Below are positions 23,500 to 37,070 of a DNA stretch of 64,000 bases, one piece after another; the first letter of the stretch is position 1, and each line of letters starts with the position of its first letter. The stretch comes from Cenococcum geophilum (taxonomy: Eukaryota). The notes beneath the pieces were generated by a model. It saw only the letters and a list, made by a program, of their open reading frames with translations. It made no database searches and had not been told where the DNA came from. The stretch spans positions 11,222,001 through 11,286,000 of the forward strand of contig CP158635.1 in the NCBI GenBank assembly GCA_050273025.1. The letters are read 5' to 3'. The translations under genes and the position numbers were made by a program.

Positions 23500-26160
23500 G
23501 AAGTTGCAGATATAGCACTATTAACGTAAATCCTAGTGCTGTAAGGCGTAAACAGCAATATTTGTTTATATATTTGCTAACTAAAAGAAGTAATACTATG
23601 TAAGAATATTTAAAGGATTTAGTAGGGGAAGTAACGTAAAAGCCTTAGACAACTCCCTAAGTAGCTCTAGCTAGAAGTTAACCTATTAAGCTAATCCTAG
23701 TACCGCAGGCACCACTAATTCCTAGGGGATAGGCGCAATATTTATATACTATAACGCCTTAGCCCAAAGCTATATAAACTAAGCCACCGCCGTTACTATT
23801 AGGTTCGGCGGTAAGTACGGAGAGGATAATAGATTAAACTAGCTAAGGACTAGGCTATGCTAAGAGCATATATATAAGAATACACTTTCTTACTAATTCC
23901 TAGATTATCTTACTCCTTAAAAAGATTTTTTTATTACTTCTATATCTTTCTATCCCAATCCTTAAATTATAATGGACTTTTAATCTTTTTATATACCTAG
24001 AGCACCAACTACCTAGATTTCTAGGCCCAAGCTATACCCCCAATTACCCTATATACAATTACCTCCCATTATAGCTAGTAGATAAGGTAGGCAATTTACT
24101 AAAAGAAATAAGAGTTCTATGTCAATTATTAATCTTATAGCCTTTACTCCGGAAAAAACTGTTATAGAGTGCTAAATAGCTAGAGGTGACCTAACTAGGG
24201 CTTAAGGTAAGTGTATATATAGTTAGATTATAGTAATAGTATCTAATATAATATAGGAAACTCGTCTATCGCCTAAAATAATATTACTAGGAAAACTTCT
24301 AGTGGCCCCCGTAGTAACAATAACGACTACCTTTTAAAAGTAGAAGACCTTATTTCTAAAAAACATTAGAGAAAAGAAATAGGAATTTTTAACCTTAATC
24401 CTTAACATACGACCACTAGGTAGTTATTTAATAATAAAAGTTAGAAAAGTGGCCTTCTTTATAACGGATATAGATCTAGAGCTAGGACTAAAGTATTAGT
24501 TAACAGCAAAGGTAAACATATTACATTTAAGATTTCTTTATAATCGGCTTAAGGAAATTGCTTATACTATACTATAGATAAACTAGCTATACTAAATACT
24601 AAAAAACTATATAGCGGCCTATCCCACTATAACGCCTAAAGCCCTAAGCCTACTACCGTTGGCGATTAAACTAGCTTTACTCCTATTTCTAGTATCCTAA
24701 ATAATATTACGGTTAGTTATCTAGGTGCTAAACCAGGAAGTACTAATAGCATTAATAATAGCTAGAGCCTTAATAACCAAAACTACAATATTAGCGAAAG
24801 TGCCAATAAGGCAGACAAGTAGCTAGAGAAGCCAATTAGAACCATTTTAGTCTTAGAATACCCTCTAACCCCCTCTAAGAATTTTAACTAAGGTAACCCC
24901 TAAAGAACTATAAATAACACAGGCGTCTAGGGTAAGGAGTTGGCCCCTAATCGCTCCAAAATATATAGGAGCGGCTCTGGCTCTAATAGCGCTAGCAACT
25001 ATATAAGTAATTAAAACATTAATACTCTCTAATAGTAAGGAATTGGGCTATAAAATGGACTAGACTATACCTAAATAACTAGGATTAGACATTCTAACTC
25101 CTGTAATAAACTTGCCGAAGAAGAACTACAGGATAAATCTACAGTAGGGGTTAGCGATTTTTGCGCACTAAGTCCGACTAAGGTAGATACTAATAACGTT
25201 TACGGCGAATACCTTTATAGTAAGGGGGTTAACTTTAGATAAGATAGTAACTAGTATTTAGAGCAAACACTTCCCCAAAGCAATTTAGCCATAAAGTATT
25301 ATATTAGTAGTAATCCTACGGAGAATAACATAAGTATAAAAAGAGCGTATTCTTAAAGAGCTTATTAAGGTATGCTTAAGATAATATTAAAAGAACCCCA
25401 GCCCACCTAATGCGTTTTCTTAGAAAATGCCACCTATAAGTATAACCTAGCTAAGAACGTAAGTAGATTAGACCCTATATACTAATTATTACCAAAGTAA
25501 TAAAGTTAATACGCTCCACTTTAAGCTAAGGCTCTACCATCTAGCGTTAATGCTCTACCTCGGAATACTCTTACTTAGAAACGGCCTATCTCACTCATTA
25601 ATTCCTCTATACTCCCTTAAGATGGTTAATCCGCTAAGCGACGTAAACGCTTAAGGGGAAAAACGGGGAAGGCTAGAATGGTGAAGGAAATGCTCCTTTA
25701 CGTATATCCACCTAATAAAAAGAATATGGGTTACACGGTTAAGCGTATTAAAGCTATTCACCTTATAGATAACGGGTTTATACTATCCACTATAAAATAG
25801 ACGTCATTAGAGGTACCAACGGATAGTCTAGTAGGAGAAGAGTATTATAGCCAGTTTAAGGGCTTATTTAAGATAGAGTTTAGAGAAAAGGAGTGGGACC
25901 TATAACGGGAGAAGCGGCTTTAGAAGATGGTAAGATATCTATATCACGGAGAGGATAACGATTACATAGTTAAGTATATTAAGGCTCTTCACATTATAGA
26001 GGATGGATCTATATAATGCACTATTAGATAGGCGTTATTAGTAGTAGCGGAGGATAATCTTAAAGAAGATCTGCTTAAATAGGCTAAGAAACTATTTAAG
26101 GAAAAGTACAGAGAGGAGAAGTAGGAGTAGTAGCTTTAGAAGAAGTAAGAAGCTACTAAC
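23500..26160 (+). pseudogene. RIPed gene ending in two tandem chromo-like domains
   Basis: YTVKRIKAIH..DNG....IK(W) from 25732 and YIVKYIKASH..EDG....IR(W) from 25963, after a long low-complexity linker. 5' boundary uncertain. Confidence 0.5.
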
Positions 26161-26599
26161 TAAAAGCCCTAAAGCAAAGGTTAGAAGATTTAGAGAAGGT
26201 AACAGGATATTTTTACTAGCTATAATAGTTTTAGTATCCCTTAACTGGCATCGGCGTTAAAGAAAAAAAGATATTTTTAGTATTTATTATCTAGCAACCT
26301 AACTAATTGCTTTCGGCTTAGGTGCAAAATATACTTTTAGTAATTAGATAAACTAGCGAGGTAGGTAAGATCTAGTAATTACTTCTACTAAAAAGGGTCT
26401 CCCTTAAGAAGGTAACCCTTTTACTAAAATCACCCCTTACAAACCTACTTTATTAAGCGCTATAAATCTTACTATAAAAAAGCTAAAGCTAGTTCTTTAT
26501 TGTAACCACTTATTATTTAAATATATTTTTATTTTGGGATAACGATATACTTCTTCAGCCTAATATATCTATTAACATTAATAAAGTAAACTGTTTTAT

Positions 26600-27410
26600 T
26601 AATGGCGACCATAATACGCATATTGTGATATATTAGCAATATATAAGCTAGTTAATAAATTCGCATATCTGCTAAGCTTTCCTTGAAGAAATACCATATA
26701 ACGATCGCAAGAAATTATTTAAGAGCATAGACAAACAAGTACTTTTGAGATCACTTCCCTATATAGACTACGACTAAGCTTAGAAGGTCCTTATAGAATA
26801 CCGTAGGGAAATTAACTCTATAATTGAAATTCTTAATCATGTTAATAACCAACAGCGAGCACTATTAATATTCGCGCTTACAAAAACAGCTTATATAAAA
26901 ATATTTTATAATATAGACGAGGAAAGCAAGGACAGAGCTATTCGCAGTCTTAATAGCAAAGCTGTCTATAACGGGAGAAAGCAGATAGGTGCTGTAGCAC
27001 TTAGTAGTTATAGTGCCTATCCGTTAAACTAGATAAAATTCGAAGATTTATATGCTTCTTATAAGAAGAAATATAGCTTTAGAGACAAAATATAGAGAGC
27101 GAATTATTAGGACTATACCTATTATAGAGACTATTTGCTTAATCACTATGGAATAAACTGCATTTAATGCCAAGTTCCACTACATGTTATTCGCCTTTAA
27201 GATCGGCATTACTTATAGGAACTTAGACTAACCAAGATAAAGGTTAACGGACTTATAGTCTACCCACAAGACCAAATTGTATACGCGATAGCAAAATTTA
27301 TAGAAGAAGGAGACCCTTACTAGTACAAAGCGGAAGTCCTTTATAACTATTATGGCGCTGCATACAATATAGCGGTATTTAATTTCCTTAGTATACTAGC
27401 TTTTAGGTAA
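26600..27410 (+). pseudogene. RIPed RING-HC finger protein (putative E3 ligase)
   Basis: At 27051-27170, reverting TAT to TGT/CAT gives CASC-x14-C-x2-H-x2-CRDC-x8-CIQC. The last two Cys survive unmutated as TGC. Confidence 0.65.
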
Positions 27411-28189
27411 AGGCTTTACCCATAAATAAGATATATAGAAGGCGGAGGTAGAGGCAATAATAGTAGGTAGTGCGGTGCTAACTAGTATAGTAGATTTCTG
27501 TTACTTTAAAGAGATATCTATATACTCGCTATAGGTTTGTATAATAGCGCTCAAACAGCTTATTCTGTAAGATTAAATAACGATACTACCGCGTAGAATA
27601 GATTTTAGAAGTTAAAAAGGTCTATAATATACTATTTTAAAATCGCAGTACTTTTTATACAGTTATGATATTAAAATACTATTTTTTGCTAGTAATGTTC
27701 GCTACAGTTATTTCTAAGCAGATTATTAGCTTTAATTATTTCTGGAGACGATTTTAATCCGTTTATAATAATGCAATGCTTTTATACTATACTAAATATA
27801 AATATCTAACTAAAATATATTATATTAGTGCGGAAGAACTAACGCATCGGTCTCTGGCTTTATAAGTAGTACTTAGCTATTATTGCTTATTAAATTATAA
27901 GTGGTCTCTGCCTAAATCTATATAATGTAGGTAAAAGCAATGCCGCTTTCTAAGCGCTATACTACGGTTTCTAAGGCATATAGCGTAAGTAAGGAGTTAG
28001 GAGATAAAGCTACGGCGCATTTAGCCAGCTCTAATATAACTAAAAAGAAGTTTAGAAATACAGTTCTTACTCCATTTAAAACTAAATAAGGGGCTCTATA
28101 TACTAGTGTTTAGGGGTAGCCCTAATAGTTAATTATCGTTTAAAGCTAATAATCTAACTAAGCCAAGCTTTACGCTTAGAATTAAATAG

Positions 28190-29190
28190 GGGACTCACTT
28201 AATATTATAAGAAGGGCCTTAGACACTAGATGCCGGTAGAGACATTAGCTACTTAAATACCTAGAGGTCACGGGCGGTAAAAAGATTATCCTACAACTAT
28301 TAATATAACTTAGTATTGCGGCGAAGCAGCTTATATAGTTTAATATTTTTAGATTAAAACTATACTTTTAGCATTAGTTTTAGGCGCAAGGGTATAAAGG
28401 GCGTTATTACGCAGTGTTTTTTTGCTCTATAGCACTTACAATTCTTAATTCTTTTATTCTGGCCCTAAGCTCTCACCAGCCATACTTTCTCCAGTTAAGG
28501 ACTACTTATAGCCATCCGGTCCCAGACAGGTAGGAATTTCTTACCCAATAATAGGCTTATCTAACCCCGCGAATATAGTCGCTAATATTAAGCACGTTTC
28601 TCTAATACCTCCTAGTAAGATAGCTAAATAATTATAGATCTTTTAATTACACTAACGGCCAAGCAGGTAATAATAAAGCTCACTTTACGGATATTTCTAA
28701 TAACAGCTTAGATTGTAAAAGAGAAGATAAACAGCCTATTAGATTCCTAAGAAGACTAAACCAAATTTTAGAAGGCGTAACCAAAAACGGTGCACTTAAA
28801 TACTAGGTAGAGTGGAAGCCTAGGCTAACGAGTATTAGAGCCGCGAAGAGTAATAAAGATTTAAGGTATTGCTTGGTTCACATTATAGATAAAGTGGCAG
28901 TTTTATACTAAAAGCTTACTAAGGAGCCTGTGACTAACCTAATATCCTATAAACTTCGATCTTATTATAAAAGGAATCTTAGTAAGTTTATTAAGCATAT
29001 TATAAGGTTCTAAGAGCTTAAAGAGGCGCTTAAGAAGGAAGACAGAAAAATACTTATAGCTTTAGTAGATAAGAGTGGAATATAGAAGGGGCTTAGATCG
29101 ACCCTATAAAATGCTATCAATAAAAGTAGTAAAAGGAGATTAACGGCGAATCTTTAAAAAAGAAAGAGAAGTAGAGATTACCCCTAAACA
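28190..29190 (+). pseudogene. RIPed gene with a chromo-like domain
   Basis: About 28760-28950 reads QILEGVTKNGALKY.VEWKP...TKEPVTNL. Confidence 0.5.
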
Positions 29191-30069
29191 TATAGCGTGT
29201 GGTAAGCTTAGGCCTAAATAATTTAAAAACAGAACTTTCTCCTATAGTACTTTAAGCTACAAAAACTTTACTTCTAGCAGACTTCGCAATTAGCTTTCCT
29301 CCATAGTGTCGTAATCTTTATTAAATATTATAAGGTTTCCACCCATACAATATTACTAAATTTCGTCAGCAATTGCAGAGACAGCGTTATATTTCTGTTT
29401 TGGCGGCAATAACAGGGGCGTAGTTAAGGGGGAAGCGTACATCTTTAATTTAATTCTCCTAGCTAACCTAGGCGATTCTCCAGGGCAACTATAGCGATTC
29501 TCTAGGGCAACTAAAAAGGCCCTTACGTATAGGCACACGCGTTCGCTATAATAGCTCCAATTTATATAAATAAGGGTTTATTTACACAATTTAAAGTCAA
29601 ATTAGTAGAGGTTGCGGCGTTATAGCAAAATAAAATCAGCTCTACTCGTTATAAAGAAGGCTCGCTTTATAAATCCATATATTCTAACTTTACGCTTTTA
29701 GAATTAATAAGAGATTATTAAGTGTTAGATAGGGCAATCAAGAATAAAAACTCTGTTAATTAAAGCCGGCTTTAGAAGCTATTTATATATATAAGGTTTA
29801 GTCCGCATAAGCCCAATAGGGATCCAAATCAGATATTAAGTAATAAATAATTATATATAAGGTAGGTATAGGCAATAGAAACAGGTAGTGAGATATAATC
29901 AAGGTGGTAAGATATAGGGTAGTAGTGTTAAATTGAGGTTATAGAGCTAAAACTCTATATATTACTTATTTTCTATATAGGTAGTTAAAGAGATTTTAAG
30001 GAACTTCAACCGCCAGTCAAAGTTGTCTAATTAGGTGCTTATGGGGATTTGGCAACTCCTATTCTATAA

Positions 30070-31200
30070 ACTTACAGGTGCCTATTAAGATTTTCCACTT
30101 ATAAAAAGTCTTTAGCGCATTTTAAGCCCTTAAATTTGGAATTTGGCATATCTAGAGGTATTAGAAAAAAAAAGGTCGTAGCATAAAGCCGAACTTACAA
30201 GTCCGTCTATATTAAAGCATATCTTACCTTCTAGCGTAGCTCCTTAAACACATATCACAATTTGCTTATAGGGCTGGTGTAGACAGTTCCAAAGCGGGAG
30301 TACTATTACTATTTATAGGAGAGGTCTTTTTCTGCCATACGGGCAGTGTAAATAGATAACCTCCGTACATTCCTAAAGAACTATTAGAAGTTATTAGGAG
30401 GGTTTATAGTAGTTCTATCTACCCAGTCTTTATACCCAACTAAGTAAGTAAATTATTAAATATTTCTAAGGACGAAGGGCTAGCCACCTAAAGGATCTCA
30501 TTCTAAAGTAGTTAACGCTTCGTTAACTCTAGATGCGCTATATAGCATATCTAAATCTCGCTTCAAATCTCTCCAATATATTATTTATCTTTAGCATTAA
30601 TATTAACAGTTTTACAATAAGCTAGGATATATTCCCACTTTATTTAAGCAGCAATTAAAGTAGTATAAGCTCTGTAGATAAATTATATTAGCATTTAGTA
30701 AAAATAATAGGTGCGGTAATAATAGTAAATTAAATAAGACTAGATATATTTAATAGAGGTAGGCCACGTTAAAGGCATAGGTAGAGCCACCTTTATTTAT
30801 AAGTTTATTTATAAGAACTATATCTACAATATTAATGTCACTTTTAGGGTATATCTATTACGTATTAGGGTTATAAAGATCTATAGTATAGCCAGCGGTT
30901 ATTCTAAAGGCCTAACAGTACTATCTATTACCTAATAGTGCCTAACCTTTAATATATAGGTTATTAGGAGGGGGTATAAAGTACGCGCGTGGATCTAATA
31001 ACTTATATCTTATTAATACCCGCTATATATTACTAAGCTAGGGAGAGTTATAGACATACTAGTAACAATATAATAGGTATTTAAGATATATACGGAAGGC
31101 CACACTAAATTACTCGTCGTTAGCTAAGAATTAGAATCCCAACTTATTAAACTTCGTAGAGGGGAAGGGATAAAGACATTCGATAAGATATTTAGTTATA
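30070..31200 (-). pseudogene. Unknown protein, tandem paralog 1
   Basis: 30100-30610 aligns with 31550-32060, including an intron position; probable frame YWRDLKRDL...LVGYKDWVDRT...SRFGTVY. Confidence 0.6.
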
Positions 31201-31479
31201 AGTTAAGAGATAACTAAGACAAAGTGTACGTAAATACGATCTAGGTCGATAGATAATAGTATAATAGTAGTAAGGGAATCCGATCTAGGTCGACACTCTA
31301 TAGTTAAAATCCTTAACTATTTAGACAACTAACAGCAAACACTACTATTAAATTATCCTCCTAAATGCCGCTATACCACTAAACTATCTCTTTCTTATAT
31401 AACGAGCGTGTCTCCTATTACATTTTACTTTAAAAGCCCGGTAATTAAAATAGGCTCTCCAACTACGTAAGTCTCTATT

Positions 31480-33150
31480 AGGCGCTTCTAGGAATTTAAG
31501 GGCTCTATTTATATAAGTTTGTAGGTACTTAGTAAAAGTGTCCACTCGTAAAAAGTTTTTATTGCATTTTTAGCAGTTATGTTTTAAATTTAATATATCT
31601 AGATATATTAGAAATAAAAAAGAATTATAACATAAAGCCGAACTTATAAGATCGTCTATATCGAAGTATATTTAACCTACTAGTATAGCTCTTATAACAG
31701 ATATCACAATTTATTTATAGAGCTAGCGTAGACAGGTCCGAAGCGGGAGTGTTGTTACTGTCTATAGGAGAGGTCCTTTCCTGCTATATAAGAGGTACAA
31801 ATAGATAGCCTTTATACATTTCTAAAGAACTATTAGGAGTTGCTAGGAGGATTTGCTATAGTTCTATCTACCTAGTTATTATACCCAACTAGGTAAGTAA
31901 ATTGCTAAATATTTCTAAGAATAAAGGGCTAGCTATCTAAAGGGTCTTATTCTAAAGTAGTTAATACTCTACTAACTCTAGATGCGCTATATAGGACTCC
32001 TAAACCTTACTTTAGGTCTCTCTAATATATTTATCATTTATCTTTAGCATTAGTGTTAACAGATAACCTAAATTAAGAGATTATTACAGTGTCTCCTCTA
32101 AATTAGTAAAAGTTCCGTATATTAAAGGCTGCCACGCGCTATCATTATCCATTATCTCTACAAGTGCTGAAGCTAAGAAGTCCTACCCTAAATTTATATT
32201 GTTATTGCCGGAATCTTTAATTAAGTAATCCTTAGGGCTATTATTCACACTTTCTATTCTAGCTAAGTGCATAAAGGTAGATGATTGAGAAAAGGTAGGC
32301 GGTATTAGGGCCATTGGTGCGCGTAGGCAGACCTTAGAATTATTTAGAGTTTAAGACAGATAATTTGCCATCCCATTAATTATTTAGGGAACTCCTATAA
32401 CAGGCCACATATTATAAGTACCTATAATTATATTACCCTATAGGCCGAAGTTCGTACTACTAGGCAGCGCTATTATCTATACGTAGGTATTAGTAGATAG
32501 CACTAGATATACCAGGAAGGGGATAGATATACTAAGCTAGTAACAGTATTAGGAGGTTTAATATATACTTAGTCGCCATTATACTTCTCTCTACATTCTT
32601 ATACATCTTGCTTTTTTATATCTTAATATATAGGTAATTAAAGTAGATAAGCTTAAATGATCTCCAACTATGTGTTTAGATAGCTTAGCATATCTAATAA
32701 TAGAGGGGTAGCTAACTGAAGGACTATATCCTACAATTTTTCAGACTCCTTTAGCTCTAGAATTGACCGCTTAAGGCCCGGAAATATTCCTAGTATACTA
32801 AGGCTGTTAATTATTAATAAAGTCTGCGAATCGCGGCCTAATAGTACTTACTTTTCATTATATAAGGCTTTAGGAGTAGGTAACTATACGGGTTTACTAA
32901 GGGTAGAATAGTTATGCAGATCTACTAACTTATATATTATTAATACTGGCCACCTTAGCAAGCGTATAATAGTTACAGATATACCGGCCACAATGGAATT
33001 ATTACTTAAGGTATATTTATAGGGCCGTACCAAATCATTCGTCGCCAACTAAGAATTAGGATCCCGCCTTATTAGATCCTATAAAGGCGCTATAGGATAA
33101 AACTAGTTTAAATCCTTAAATTTAATTTACTTAGTGTTAAATTCTACCAT
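31480..33150 (-). pseudogene. Unknown protein, tandem paralog 2
   Basis: Shares the C-terminal block with paralog 1 and an N-terminal motif (33031-33090 vs 31110-31165); the middle region differs. Confidence 0.6.
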
Positions 33151-33199
33151 TTTTAGGACCGGTACTATTATACACCACCCTTTAAAACCCGAACTATTC

Positions 33200-35600
33200 G
33201 GTTTATCCTAGAAATAGTTTTGCACAACATAAGTGGCATAGGCTGCCGTATTCCGACACATAACACCAATACGTTTACCTAAAATTTCCATAGCTGCAAG
33301 CCCTTTTACCGGTCGTTTACTAATTAGGGGTGGGTAGAAATCTATATATAGGCCGCTATGCATAGGATGAATTACAATTTCGTATTCTATGCGACTGCTA
33401 GCGCACCCAAATAACTATATACATTTTAGATGCCCGCATTTAAAGGCTCTTATATACCGGTCTATATACTTTCTTAATACTAAATTAGACAAACTACTAA
33501 TAAGGGGTAGCTCTATACTTACTTAAACTTTCTCTTATTCGGAGTGGGTCTATGCTTACATTTAGGCCAATATAGGTAGTGAAAGAGACAGTTTGCTCTA
33601 GGGGGGATCTAATAGTAGCGGTATTAACATCTTAGTAGCCTATTAGCCGGATTTATTTAACTTCTTACCTTAGTCTCAGTTCCTATATTGGCTTATTTAA
33701 ACTAGGGATTTATAAAATATTTGGTAATTATTATAGAGGATTATAAATGCCTTCTAATATATAATTACGCTTAGTTAGTAAAAGAAGGAATACCGGCTAA
33801 AGCTATAAGGGAGGGAGTAGGGGGCGGGGTAAATGGGAAATCGGGCCTATATCCTAAATTACGTATAATTAGAAATTTATATATATTAGCAAACTAAGGA
33901 GGGTTATAGACATACCTATAATAAACCTAGTTAAAAATTAAAACTCGACTCTATTAAATCCAGGTTCGTCTAAAGGGGCGCCGCGATATTATTTAGGGCT
34001 AAATCTAGGTTTTAAGTGTGTCGTCTTATATAGTTTTTTAATTTATACCTCTTAGTAAATCCATTACCTTTTTAGGATTTCTTGCAATTTAAATATAGGC
34101 AAAGGTAAGGGTTGCGGCCGCCGTGCATTCCATAGGCGTTTCTTTTATGGCGATAGAGGTTACTAAAAGTCAACACAGTCTCCTAGTAATCCTTAAATCC
34201 GCATTAAACCCCTAGTATTTGGTTTAGGGTTAAATATGGATTTTAAGAGTGTTTTCTTCTTATATAGTCTCTCAATTTATTTTACTTAGTAAATCCATTA
34301 CCTTTTTAAGATTTCTTACAATATAAATCTAGGCAGAGGTAAGCGTTACGGCCGCCGTGCATTCCGTAGGCGTTTCTTTTATAGCAATAAAGGTTATTAG
34401 AAGTTGACTTAATCGTCTCCTAGCAATCCTTAAATCTACATAGAACTTTCCGCATTAGAATTAGTCCTATAAATAGCTAGCACTAAAGGTATTAACTTAT
34501 CCAGAAATTAAGAGATATAGATAAATAATTTACTATATAATAAGATATGTTTTAATCTAAAGGGGAGTAAAAGTTAAGGTTAACATAAGGAAGAACCCAA
34601 CTAGCTCTCTATAAGGCATTATTAGCGTTAAATAGTTACGCTAAAGGCTTATTAGATATAGGGGGTTATAAAAAAGGCTTACATTATCCATTATTAAGGA
34701 TCTCCTATAGATTTGTTAGATAAGGTCCCAACAAAAAGAGACTAATAGAGGGGGAGGAAATAGGCTTACACCTACCATTTCTTAGGCTATGACCCATAGT
34801 ATTAAATAAGGGGTAGATATAGAAGAAGGAATGTTATATTTAAGTTAGCATTTGTTATCTATATTATAGTTAGCTACCTAATCAAACGTATTCACCTAAA
34901 TTAAAGTAGCTGGCTATAAATATGCACGGTTTACAGCCGCTTATCTCGAAGTCCGTAGTAGGGTAATTCCCATAGGGTATATATTGCATAACGACTACCT
35001 TTAAATTCTCTACTAGATTAATTTTAAGACTACGTAAAGGATTTATATTGCGCTTAGGAACTACATACTTTAAAAATTTGCTTAATCCCTATAAATTCAG
35101 CGCGCTAATAAACTTATATACATAGAACTAAAAAAATTCTACAATAACTATAAAGAAATAGACTTAAGTTTCTAACCTTTAGTTAGGATGTAGATTGTTA
35201 ACCATCTCCTATTATCTACCCGCTAATAAGTTATATACCCATAAGTAATATTATAACTTACCTCTACTTTTAAGTCCTTAGTTTTTCTAACTAGTCCCCC
35301 TAAAGGATATATTCATCTATTTTAACCTTAAGAACATAAAGATAAGATATTAACTTAGTATACACAAATAATAACTAGATAATTAAATACTTACGTAAGC
35401 AATATTGTTAAATACCGTACTAAGATATAGCCTAACTGGACATTATTAAGTAACCTCTATCGCAACGTTATTCGCGAAGTCTCTAAACCACTCCTTATAA
35501 GATTAATAATCTTTATTCTCTTTAGGTTGCCGCTCCGCCCAGTTTACAGCCTTTACTATAAGTATTATAATATATTTAAGATATAGATCTCCATCGGAAC
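33200..35600 (-). pseudogene. RIPed tandem C2H2 zinc-finger transcription factor with an internal 234-bp duplication
   Basis: De-RIPed LFHCPYWPKCKH...KK(H)xDR(H) and FKCGHxKC..LFGCASSRIE(H)EIVIH at about 33370-33590, split by an intron. Upstream extent uncertain. Confidence 0.65.
34051..34440. repeat. Direct repeat with 234-bp period (78 codons)
   Basis: CTTAGTAAATCCATTACCTTTT at 34051 and 34285, with about 155 bp of continued similarity. Confidence 0.85.
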
Positions 35601-36569
35601 CCTCTTATAGTGGTTAGTATTAAAATATTCTTTAGGGAGTATAAGAATAAGGAGGGAGGTATTACAGATTTTGTTCTTTAGGAGAGTTAATAACAATTGC
35701 ATGCGGAAATCTAATCTACTAGTAGGGTATACGAATTATACTCGAAATTTCTATTAATACCGCGCCGGTAATACTGCGATCTATTAATAATATAAAGACA
35801 AAATCCACTCTTACTATCCCCGGTTATATAGTAACGCCCTAAATACGACTAGTTATAATTTTCCTTTATTAGGTTTATAGGTTAGGAGTATATAATGGGG
35901 CTATAGAGTGGCTTATATCCTCTAAGTTCCTAAGAGGCAATAAGGGAGATTTATATACTCTTTCTAAGCCAAGATTTTATTCTAGTATTTTAGTAATAAT
36001 GGATAAGGAGATGTTTATAGGCTATAAGATATAAAGTCATTAGCGTAAAACCTTATCCGTTTATCTCTATTTCCGTTAATATATCTATATACCTAAATAG
36101 TAGATTATTTATAAGTCGTTTCTAGGCTTAGATTGCTAGCTAGTTAGCCTAGCCTAAAATAGGATAAAATATATCTAGCTTATACTATAAAAGGTAAGAA
36201 GCGAAGGTCAAAGACAGACACGAAGCAAAAATTGCCCTATAACTGTTAGTGATTTAAATAAAAGTAGCTAGAAAAAAAGTACTTAGTATATAGCCAAGCT
36301 ATCCTTTAGAAGTTTTAGTAGAAGGATTAAGGATATAATAATTATAACACTTATAAGAAATAGTAAGATAACTTATATCTAGCCCCAGATTCTAGTACCT
36401 CTACTTATTAAGCAAAGTAAATACTTCTAGCATTCCCAGGTTAGGAAGTAGATTAGGTAAATTTACTTTATAATAAGAATGCTATATATTAAGCAGCGTA
36501 CTCCAGCTTTTATCCTAAGAGTTTCACTTTAATAAATTTAGCATTTAGAGTCTAAAGTTAAAACCTTTT

Positions 36570-37070
36570 ACTTATACAAATGCCGAAAATAATGTTAAAG
36601 CTACCTCTACTATAGTAAGAAACAACCATCCGGCTAGAACCCTATAAGAGATAGCTTAGCCAGATATTTCTGCTACACTAGTATTAAGTAATGTAGTAGT
36701 TTTTAGGATCTATAAACGATATTAGCTATAGAGAAGGAGGTTAGGCACCGCACTTATAGATAAAAATATTACCATTTCTAGCGCGCAATCTATTACTGCT
36801 AGGGAAACATTTTCGAACTTCTATCTAGTCCCGTGCTACTTTTAGGCGATTTCTAAAAATGCAAATGCCAAAACTGTAAAAGTAATGTGTGCCCCATAAG
36901 CAATAACTATAAAAACCTTAGTGGAGCTATAGAAGGGTGTATATTTCCAAAAAAGGATATAAATACTAATACCTATTGCAAGCACGTAAGCCACAGTAGC
37001 AGTAATAGCGAAGGAAAGTATGATTACAGTAGTATTAAAGGAATAGGTAGAGTCTATCTTAATAAATAAG
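36570..37070 (-). pseudogene. Possible small integral membrane protein, RIPed
   Basis: Several hydrophobic segments (VIILSFAITATVAYVLAIGISIYILF; VLAGWLFLTIVEVALTLFSAF). RIP itself inflates hydrophobic codons. Confidence 0.3.

Noticed and set aside
23550..24080. PHD/RING-like Cys patterns at the start of the tandem-chromo gene
   Set aside because: A complete ligand set in one frame could not be reconstructed.
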